From NCBI GenBank assembly GCA_964019425.1, contig OZ025806.1:62001-126000 (forward strand): 64,000 bases of DNA, in the 5' to 3' direction. This DNA is from Flectonema sp. DT1601. Taxonomy: Eukaryota. Shown here in pieces: positions 24,415 to 32,908 of this stretch (the first letter of the stretch is position 1; the number at the start of each line of letters is the position of its first letter). A program made the position numbers and the translations under genes. The notes below the pieces were generated by a model. The model did no database searches. It worked only from the letters and a program-made list of their open reading frames with translations, and was not told the DNA's origin.

Positions 24415-27400
24415 CTATTCATCCCACGTGAATAACTCCTTTTCAACAACAAACGAAGTACTGCTCCCAACCCATCTGGTTTGTCTTTCATAGCACTGCG
24501 GTGGTTGTTTACAATGAGATGGTGCGGAGGTATCATTGAAAACAGCAGACCAGTTTACCGAATAGTTTTGATCATGAAGAGTAGACAGCAGGACTTTAAA
24601 CATTCTTTCTTCATCTTTATCGCGATGCATAGTTACCATCGGTGATACTGAAGTATTCTCATAAATAGATTTCGACAGCACCGGGTGAGGTGATATTTCT
24701 GTAAAGTGAGTCACTCCATTCTCAGCTGCCAATGCCGTCGCTGAGCTGAAGTCAACTGTGCTAGTTATTTGACTTGACCAGTACTGAATGTCAGTGACAG
24801 GATTCATCTGCTTAGACATCGAAGTAGAGAACATATCAATATTTGGGTACTTTGGAAATCCAAAACTACCCTCACTTGTTACTTCCCTTTCTAACTCTGC
24901 CGCCTGGGCCTTCATCTGCCTGCTGTGAAAGGCGTAGTCGACCTTTAGTTGTTTATATTGAATTCCATTATCGTCTGCTCGCTTCTTTGCTTTTTCCAAT
25001 TCTACGTCACACCCGGACAGTACGATGTTTAAGTTCGTGTTCCGAGATGCAACATCAAGTTCGGTTCCCGCACATAAGAGTTTTTCATCTGACGGTGAAT
25101 TTAAGTCAAACGAAATCATGGATCCGTTGCCAGTCATTTTTTGCATGACGACAGAGCGAATGTAGATGAGAGTGACAGCCGATTGTAATGTTATCGAACC
25201 GCTGACGACAGCTGCGGATATCTCTCCAAGCGAATGACCAATAACACAATCTGGAGTGATCCCAAATGAGTGTAGTAGTTCTATTGTAGCCAAGTGAAGA
25301 GCAAATAATACCGGTTGTGAGATAGCTGTGTTGTTTAATTCACTGTCTTCTAATTCACAAGTAAACTGATCCATAATACCACCTGGTAAACAAGAGATCA
25401 AACAGCTACTTTTAAATCGCGATCCGAGTTTTTTCGACGTTGCTGAAAACAAGTCTGAAATAAGTTGGACCTTATCTCTAAAGACGGGATACTTCTGAAG
25501 AAGCCTCCTTCCCATTCCACACCATTGAGGACCTTGACCAGAGAAAACAAAGCAGAGTTTGTTTTTGTGTAATGGTCTTCTTTGTTCTGATCTCTTGACT
25601 AATGAACTTAACAACTCTTCTCTACTAAACCCGACAGCAGAATATCTAAAGTGTTGGTGTTGTGAGCGGAGTAATAGCGATCGAGACAGAGATTGTAATT
25701 TAGTGTCATCAGTGGATCGAACCAACGCTGCAACAGCTTGTTGCTGCTGATACAACATCGAACTATTACTGTGAGAGACAGGGATCACGACTGGTGGCCG
25801 CGAAAAGTTTTCATTAGAAGTGCTTTTCTTCGATTTCTTAGGAGCCTCGCACATTACAACGTGACAGTTGGTCCCTCCGAATCCAAAACTCGACACGCCA
25901 GCAGCTAACGTCTTTGATGGATTAGGCCAAGCAGAACCAACCTTCTGAAGGATGTCGTCAACAAACGTCGCATGTTCATTTGGAGTTTTGTAGTTCACAG
26001 AAGGAGGTAGTTTTCTATTATACAAAGACAGACAAACTTTAATAAGACCCGTGATACCAGCAGCAGCTTCAGCGTGTCCCGTATTACTCTTGACTGAACC
26101 GATTCTGAAGTTTCCTGAAGACAGATGTTGTTCACCAAAAACACTTTTGATCGCCTCCAACTCAATTGGATCTCCTAAAGGAGTTCCTGTTCCATGAGCT
26201 TCAATGTATTGGATTGCACTGCTATCGGTGGATGCATTTAGTAGTGCTTGCTTAATACAATTGCGTTGAGATGTTTGGTTCGGAGCAGTGATTCCATTTG
26301 TCTTACCGTCTTGGTTAATATTCGATCCGCGTATCACGGAATAGATTCTGTCGTTGTCAGATATTGCTTTCGATAATTTCTTTATTACTATCATTCCAGC
26401 ACCTTCAGATCGGCAGTAGCCGTTGGCGGAGTTATCGAAGGTGTTACACTTTCCGGTTTCACTTAAAAAGTTTGAATTTTTAAAAGAATTTGACGCCTCT
26501 GGAGTCAGCATCAAATTAACACCTCCGACAACTGCGTGTTCACAGTCGCCGTCTCTCACTGCTGCACACGCTTCATGAACAGCAACTAAGGAACTACTGC
26601 AAGCAGTATCAACACTCCTTACTGGTCCAGTCACCTGAAGGAACTTAGCAATTTGAGCGCTAGCATTCGACTTTGAGTTATGTTCGATTCCGACAAACGG
26701 TGCTTTCTCAGAGCAAATTTGCTGATATTCGCTGTGTGATATTCCAACAAACACACCTGTCTTTGAGCTTCCCTTCGACAGCATGTCTGGAGTGATGGCA
26801 GCGTCGAGAAGTGCTTCGTGAGTGACTTCCAATAACATCCGATGCTGAGGATCAGTACAGGAAGCTTCCTCGAGTGACATTCCGAAGACGTTGTTGTCAA
26901 ATTTCATTACTTTCTCGTTGCTTAAGAATGAACCGAGTTTGAAATTTGGACCTTCGCTGTCATCCCACTCAGGCCTCCCAGGAGGTACTTCTCTGAGATT
27001 AGTCCCCTTTCCTGTTTTGAGTAAATCCCAAAACTGATCAGGTGTGTCAGCTGAGGCAACTCTACAACCAATTCCAACGATGGCAATATCAGAGGGAGGG
27101 TGGAGTTCTTTTTCTGAAACCATTTCTGAAATCGGTTTAGTGACCAGTGCCTCCACTCTCTCAGAAATAGCTGATGTGGTTATCGTAGGCGGTGATCGGC
27201 AAATTAACTCATCATCAAAGTGAGTTACTGCTAATTGAGAACTCAGCGTCTTCTTCCCTCCCGCAGACACCACTGGTCTCGGAGTAGCTGCAGGGCTGAC
27301 CTGCGGAGTGAAAAATACAGTTTCGCAATCTACGTCGTCAGAATCCAACATAACTCTCAGTTGTGATGAAACATTCTTACTACAAACATTACGTAAAGGT

Positions 27401-30400
27401 TTACCTGGATGAAGTGGTGGCACTAGTGATGTTGATTCTTTCAATTCAATATTTGTTGTGTACTTCGCAAGTAGTTCCCATGAGCAATTAGAATCCTTCT
27501 CACAGAGTAATTTATATTCTTCTTTTGAAGCGTTTCTTTGAATCTTTCCACTCGATGTTTTACAGATACTCCTGGCTGGGATGAGGATGACTTCAATAGG
27601 AGCAATACCATGAATGACACAAAGATGATGAGAAATATCTTTTGCTAAAGTACTAAGATTAACTGAAGCAGTTGAAACACGATCTTGATCCACTTCACAA
27701 ATTATGATGTAGTTACCACTTTCTGTTGACTCAAACGCAGCGCTGCATCCCTTTCGTAGTACATTGCTAACAGTTTCTGCGGTAGCTTCAAAATCCTGAG
27801 GATAGTACTTAACACCATTAATGTTTATTATGTCTTTACTACGACCACATATAAAGACTTCTCCTCCAGGAAGTATAAATCCGAGGTCACCTGTTCTGAG
27901 AAATCTTTTCCCATCTAAAATATTTTGAAATATTTCCTCAGTCGTTGTTTTGTTATTCCAATAACCGGATGCTACTGTTGGACCGCTAACTATGATTTCA
28001 CCAACAGAGTAGGGGGGTACTTCGATAAACGTTTCAGGGTCAACACAACGAACATCATTATCTAACCACTTAACACCTTGCGATACTATTGAACTATACT
28101 TCGATGTTTTAATATCTTCGTCTGTGGCGTCCACTACCTTTCCTCTTGAAAGGGATTCGCTGTTAAGAAGTATTTGTGTTGGTTCCATTCTCACACACTT
28201 GTTCGCTATTATCAAAGTTGATTCCGCAAGTCCATAACCAGGATAAAACGTTGACGATTTAAAAGATGGGAACTCCCTACAAAAATGTTTCGCCGTTGAT
28301 ATCTTAACAGGTTCTGCTCCACAGAAAGCTATCCTCCAGGATGACAGGTCGCATTGTTCCTTTTCTTCTTTTGTACATTTCCTCGCAGTCAAGTCGTAGG
28401 CAAAGTTCGGTCCTCCCGAGAAAGTTCCCTTATACTTAGTCATTGCCTTCACCCATCGATATGGTTTTTGTAAAAACAACTCAGGGCTCATCAAGTACAA
28501 AGGGAATCCTAAATACACAGGACACAGGATACCAGCGATTAGACCTAAGTCGTGGAACTCTGGACACCAGGAAACTCCTACTTCGTTTTCATCCATTTCA
28601 CCAGCGACTCGGAAGGTTTCGAGATTGAAAAGAAGATTGAAATGTGTTACCATCACACCTTTTGGAGCTGATGTAGAACCAGAAGTGTATTGCAAGAAGG
28701 CGATATCATCAGCCGCAACGCTTACCTGGTTCCAGTCGGAGGCGAGGTTTGCCGACAATTCATCAGTCGCTACCAGCGGGATGGATGCAAGTTGTGGAAT
28801 CTGGTCGGCCAGTACCTGCGCCATTTCCTTTATCTCTTTAGTAGTAGCAATCGCAGTCGGTTTACAATCTTCAATGATACCGAGCAGCCTCGGTAACAGT
28901 CTCGCCAACCTCGCAGGATGAGGAGGATAACTCGGAACTGCAACTGCTCCCATCATCAAACATCCAAAGAACGATGTCACGAATTCTAAATTCTGAGGAT
29001 ACAATAACAGAACTCTATCTCCCTTCTTAACACCATGAGATGAAAGACCTTGAGCAATAGATTGAGACTTAGTGAGAAGTTGATTGTAGTTTAGACTCAC
29101 GTCTTCTATTTCACCATTCTTAAGACTAGTGAAAGCATGTCTTTTGGGATGTTTTGCTGCTCTCCAGATTAGCACTTCAGCGGGGGAGCAGAATTTTTCT
29201 AACGGAGGAGTGCCGTCAAATGCCGCCAGTCGTTCCTTGCTGTATGCTAGTTCCATACTTTGTGCCTTCAGCTTAGCCAAAGCAACGGGTGTTGGTCGGT
29301 GTGAGAATTTTCTAGCCTCTGTAGGATCTGTTGGTAAATGTTTTACCTCATCGTTGTAGTGTTGTTTCCAATGAAATAACGTAAAGGACTCTAATTCACC
29401 AGAACAGAAGGCGATCCGAGTGGCATTTCTTTGAATCTTACCACTAGTTGTCTTACAGATATTTCCACGAGATAAAAGTATCATCTGAGATACTTTGATA
29501 CCATGAACTTTATAAACAGTATCAACAGCGAGTTTACACTTGTCTGAGAGATCAGGTGCTTTGGAGAATGCATCGTCGATTTCCTGAGCAATAATAACTT
29601 GTTGTTCGGAAGAAGTCTCGTCATCGATTGCGAATGCGGCTACGCTGCCGGGTTTGAATGATTTATCAGTCGATTCAGTTGTCCACTCTAAATCGTGAGG
29701 ATAAATATTAACACCGTTAACAATAATAACATCCTTACACCTTCCAGTTATGAATATCTCTCCGTCAGTAGTCATGAATCCTAAGTCACCAGTTTTTAAA
29801 TATTTACCTCTCAGTCCAATCAGGTTAGACGTGTCATCACCAGGTAACACTCCACCGAATATGTCATTTGTGATTTCAGGTTTACCCCAATAGCCGTGTG
29901 CAACTGTTGGTCCTTTGACCCAGATCTCTCCCACGTGATTAGGAGGGAGTGATAAACCTGTAGTAGTGTTGACTATTTGAATAGTGTTGTCTAACCAAGA
30001 CCATCCTTGAGATACAATTGATCGATACTTGTCTGATTCAATGTCAGTTGTGTTTGCCTCAACAGCAACTCCATTCTCAAGAAGATCTGCAGTCTTTGCT
30101 AAGAAGTGTGACGGTCTACTTTGGGCAAAGTTATTCGCTATTATTAAAGTTGATTCCGCAAGTCCATAACCAGGATAAAATGTCGTTTGTCTAAAAGATG
30201 GGAACTCTGCATGAAATCTCCTGGCTGTTGCCATCTTAACAGGCTCTGCTCCACAGAAAGCTATCCTCCAGGATGACAGGTCGCATTGTTCCTTTTCTTC
30301 TTTTGTACATTTCCTCGCAGTCAAGTCGTAGGCAAAGTTCGGTCCTCCCGAGAAAGTTCCCTTATACTTAGTCATTGCCTTCACCCATCGATATGGTTTT

Positions 30401-32202
30401 TGTAAAAACAACTCAGGGCTCATCAAGTACAAAGGGAATCCTAAATACACAGGACACAGGATACCAGCGATTAGACCTAAGTCGTGGAACTCTGGACACC
30501 AGGAAACTCCTACTTCGTTTTCATCCATTTCACCAGCGACTCGGAATATTTCTAAGTTATAAATAAGATTAAAGTGTGATACCATTACTCCCTTTGGAGC
30601 TGATGTAGAACCAGAAGTGTATTGCAAGAAGGCGATATCATCTTTTTTAAGATCTATCTGCGTCCACTCTGCTGCAAGAGACGGTTGGATTTCATCAGTC
30701 GCTACCAGAGGGATGGATGCCAGTTGTGGAATCTGATCGGAAAGAACGTTCGCCATTTCCTTTATCTCTTTAGTAGTAGCAATCGCTGTCGGTTTACAAT
30801 CTTCAATGATACCGAGCAGCCTCGGTAACAGTCTCGCCAACCTCGCAGGATGAGGAGGATAACTCGGAACTGCAACTGCTCCCATCATCAAACATCCAAA
30901 GAACGATGTCACGAATTCTAAATTCTGAGGATACAATAACAGAACTCTATCTCCCTTCTTAACACCATGAGATGAAAGACCTTGAGCAATAGATTGAGAC
31001 TTAGTGAGAAGTTGATTGTAGTTTAGACTCACGTCTTCTATTTCACCATTCTTAAGACTAGTGAAAGCATGTCTTTTGGGATGTTTTGCTGCTCTCCAGA
31101 TTAGCACTTCAGCGGGGGAGCAGAATTTTTCTAACGGAGGAGTGCCATCAAATGCCGCCAGTCGTTCTCTACCGTAAGCGAGTTTATAGGCCGCGTCTCT
31201 ACGGTTTTTTATGTGTTCAGGAGTTGGTCGAGTTGAGTCTTCAAAGATTTCCTCCACAGTCAAAGTCTTTGGAACGTATTCCTCAACCTTTGGCTCTTCT
31301 CCAACTGGTAGTGGAGGAGGGTTTAATTTCATTACTGTTTCAACGTATTGGTTCTCAGCATCTGTTTTACTTATGTTTGAATATTTGTTCCATTCCATCC
31401 ATTTCTTTTGTCCAACCAAATCAAACATCCCAGGCTTTGTAGTATTGCAAACACCAACAGTTGATCTTTTATACAATCCATACAACTTTAGTCGTACTTC
31501 TTGAGAAGGTTCGGTGGAGACTAATTTAAGTCTCTTTACAGAGTCGTCAAAAGTAACGGTTTCCGACTGCAGTTGTGGTGGGTTCAAACTGAGTACGAGT
31601 TTGATGTATTTTTCTTCAGCAGTTTGTTTTGTCATGTCAGCATATTGGGTCCAGGAATTCCATTTTTTCTGATCAACGAGTTCAAACATTCCAGGCCTTG
31701 GAGTATTACACACACCCACAGTTGTTTGTTTGTATAACCCGTACAGCTGTAGTCGAACTTCTTGGGAAGGTGGAGGATCGACAAGCTTAACACGAGAGAC
31801 TGCCTCTGAAAATGAAATATCGCTCACCATTTTATTCATATCTTCTACTGGAGTGTATTGTCGCACTAAATCAACGTATTTGTAAGCGGCTAGTTTAGTT
31901 GTTGTTCCTTGTAGTTTCGACCAGGCATCCCATTTTGCTCCTCCGACGTAGTCGAGGATGACATTTTTAGGTCTTTCGGTATTAATATCACCGACTGTTG
32001 CTTGTTTGTACAAGGCGTAGAGTTGTAGTTTATCGTTGTTACCGATGCCTGATATTTCTTTTATTGTTGTTGATGCTCTGTTGAATGTGTTGTCATCGAC
32101 TGTGTAGTCACTTACATCATCATCGGAGATTTCAACAGGCGGTTGTTTCTCTGGTGTTGCTGCTGGAATTCCAAACGACAGTTTTCTCAATAAGCCAATC
32201 AT
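24415..32202 (-). CDS. Type I PKS/FAS-like megasynthase: ACBP x3 - FAAL - FAAL - degenerate ACP-like linker - KS - AT (2595 aa)
   Basis: ACBP motifs LQLYALYKQATVGD...KWDAW, LQLYGLYKQTTVG...KKWNSW, LKLYGLYKRSTVG...KKWMEW (~31320-32090). Two FAAL domains with FLQYTSGSTSAPKGV, HDLGLI, YGLAESTL, TGDLGF, KT(T/S)SGKIQR (~29370-31155 and ~27470-29220). KS with DTACSSS, HGTGT, GHAEAAAG (~25840-27090). AT with FSGQG, GHSLG, YAFHS (~24660-25560). Confidence 0.95.
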   Translation of the reverse strand: MIGLLRKLSFGIPAATPEKQPPVEISDDDVSDYTVDDNTFNRASTTIKEISGIGNNDKLQLYALYKQATVGDINTERPKNVILDYVGGAKWDAWSKLQGTTTKLAAYKYVDLVRQYTPVEDMNKMVSDISFSEAVSRVKLVDPPPSQEVRLQLYGLYKQTTVGVCNTPRPGMFELVDQKKWNSWTQYADMTKQTAEEKYIKLVLSLNPPQLQSETVTFDDSVKRLKLVSTEPSQEVRLKLYGLYKRSTVGVCNTTKPGMFDLVGQKKWMEWNKYSNISKTDAENQYVETVMKLNPPPLPVGEEPKVEEYVPKTLTVEEIFEDSTRPTPEHIKNRRDAAYKLAYGRERLAAFDGTPPLEKFCSPAEVLIWRAAKHPKRHAFTSLKNGEIEDVSLNYNQLLTKSQSIAQGLSSHGVKKGDRVLLLYPQNLEFVTSFFGCLMMGAVAVPSYPPHPARLARLLPRLLGIIEDCKPTAIATTKEIKEMANVLSDQIPQLASIPLVATDEIQPSLAAEWTQIDLKKDDIAFLQYTSGSTSAPKGVMVSHFNLIYNLEIFRVAGEMDENEVGVSWCPEFHDLGLIAGILCPVYLGFPLYLMSPELFLQKPYRWVKAMTKYKGTFSGGPNFAYDLTARKCTKEEKEQCDLSSWRIAFCGAEPVKMATARRFHAEFPSFRQTTFYPGYGLAESTLIIANNFAQSRPSHFLAKTADLLENGVAVEANTTDIESDKYRSIVSQGWSWLDNTIQIVNTTTGLSLPPNHVGEIWVKGPTVAHGYWGKPEITNDIFGGVLPGDDTSNLIGLRGKYLKTGDLGFMTTDGEIFITGRCKDVIIVNGVNIYPHDLEWTTESTDKSFKPGSVAAFAIDDETSSEQQVIIAQEIDDAFSKAPDLSDKCKLAVDTVYKVHGIKVSQMILLSRGNICKTTSGKIQRNATRIAFCSGELESFTLFHWKQHYNDEVKHLPTDPTEARKFSHRPTPVALAKLKAQSMELAYSKERLAAFDGTPPLEKFCSPAEVLIWRAAKHPKRHAFTSLKNGEIEDVSLNYNQLLTKSQSIAQGLSSHGVKKGDRVLLLYPQNLEFVTSFFGCLMMGAVAVPSYPPHPARLARLLPRLLGIIEDCKPTAIATTKEIKEMAQVLADQIPQLASIPLVATDELSANLASDWNQVSVAADDIAFLQYTSGSTSAPKGVMVTHFNLLFNLETFRVAGEMDENEVGVSWCPEFHDLGLIAGILCPVYLGFPLYLMSPELFLQKPYRWVKAMTKYKGTFSGGPNFAYDLTARKCTKEEKEQCDLSSWRIAFCGAEPVKISTAKHFCREFPSFKSSTFYPGYGLAESTLIIANKCVRMEPTQILLNSESLSRGKVVDATDEDIKTSKYSSIVSQGVKWLDNDVRCVDPETFIEVPPYSVGEIIVSGPTVASGYWNNKTTTEEIFQNILDGKRFLRTGDLGFILPGGEVFICGRSKDIININGVKYYPQDFEATAETVSNVLRKGCSAAFESTESGNYIIICEVDQDRVSTASVNLSTLAKDISHHLCVIHGIAPIEVILIPARSICKTSSGKIQRNASKEEYKLLCEKDSNCSWELLAKYTTNIELKESTSLVPPLHPGKPLRNVCSKNVSSQLRVMLDSDDVDCETVFFTPQVSPAATPRPVVSAGGKKTLSSQLAVTHFDDELICRSPPTITTSAISERVEALVTKPISEMVSEKELHPPSDIAIVGIGCRVASADTPDQFWDLLKTGKGTNLREVPPGRPEWDDSEGPNFKLGSFLSNEKVMKFDNNVFGMSLEEASCTDPQHRMLLEVTHEALLDAAITPDMLSKGSSKTGVFVGISHSEYQQICSEKAPFVGIEHNSKSNASAQIAKFLQVTGPVRSVDTACSSSLVAVHEACAAVRDGDCEHAVVGGVNLMLTPEASNSFKNSNFLSETGKCNTFDNSANGYCRSEGAGMIVIKKLSKAISDNDRIYSVIRGSNINQDGKTNGITAPNQTSQRNCIKQALLNASTDSSAIQYIEAHGTGTPLGDPIELEAIKSVFGEQHLSSGNFRIGSVKSNTGHAEAAAGITGLIKVCLSLYNRKLPPSVNYKTPNEHATFVDDILQKVGSAWPNPSKTLAAGVSSFGFGGTNCHVVMCEAPKKSKKSTSNENFSRPPVVIPVSHSNSSMLYQQQQAVAALVRSTDDTKLQSLSRSLLLRSQHQHFRYSAVGFSREELLSSLVKRSEQRRPLHKNKLCFVFSGQGPQWCGMGRRLLQKYPVFRDKVQLISDLFSATSKKLGSRFKSSCLISCLPGGIMDQFTCELEDSELNNTAISQPVLFALHLATIELLHSFGITPDCVIGHSLGEISAAVVSGSITLQSAVTLIYIRSVVMQKMTGNGSMISFDLNSPSDEKLLCAGTELDVASRNTNLNIVLSGCDVELEKAKKRADDNGIQYKQLKVDYAFHSRQMKAQAAELEREVTSEGSFGFPKYPNIDMFSTSMSKQMNPVTDIQYWSSQITSTVDFSSATALAAENGVTHFTEISPHPVLSKSIYENTSVSPMVTMHRDKDEERMFKVLLSTLHDQNYSVNWSAVFNDTSAPSHCKQPPQCYERQTRWVGSSTSFVVEKELFTWDE
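28200..31165 (-). repeat. Internal duplication: ~1-kb near-identical blocks at ~28200-29235 and ~30130-31165 (offset about 1932 nt)
   Basis: Long identical DNA and protein stretches (e.g. ERLAAFDGTPPLEKFCSPAEVLIWRAAKHPKRHAF... occurs twice). Confidence 0.95.
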
Positions 32203-32908
32203 ATGTGTTGTTATTGATGTGTAGTTTCTGCGTGTAAGATGCAGATGGGGGGATGGGTTTTTTTTTTTTCTTTTTTTTTTGGGTGGTTACGATGATTCTG
32301 GATGAAAACAAAATAAAAATTTTAATTTCAAAAAAAAAAAAGACCAAACTACTCCAACACTCGCGAAGGAAAAAAAAAAAAAAAAAAAGTTATCTCATTT
32401 GTCACAGTATAAATTTTTTGTTTCTTCTTTTTTTTTCGACAGCAGTGTCGCAATTAAGTCCCCCCAAGGGATAATCGCCCCCCCGTATTAACATGGGTGG
32501 GCATACGGTATGGCACAACGTGCAATGTTAAAATACATAAATAAATAAAAAAAATTCTTTTTTAGACTTCTGGTGAGGCTTGGAAATCAGCTTTTTTTTC
32601 TTTTTTTTTTTTTTTTTTTCTATAAATTTGTGTAGTTTGTCGTGCACAAAATTAAACAGTTAACTGTCTATTACTCAAAACAAAAAAAAAAAAAGTTGTT
32701 GTCATTTTTTGTGGAGGAAAAAAAAATATAGTACAGAAAAAGAAAAACCGTTCAAGGCCCTACCTGTAAATCATCATCAGTCTGAAGGAAAACAAACACT
32801 ATGGCTGTTTCTAGGCGGATTAGACAAGAGGAAGAAGTCACGTCTGTAAACACATCACCTTTGAGTGTGGAAGAGGTTCCTCAGAGCCAGTTAAAAGAGA
32901 AATGGCTT

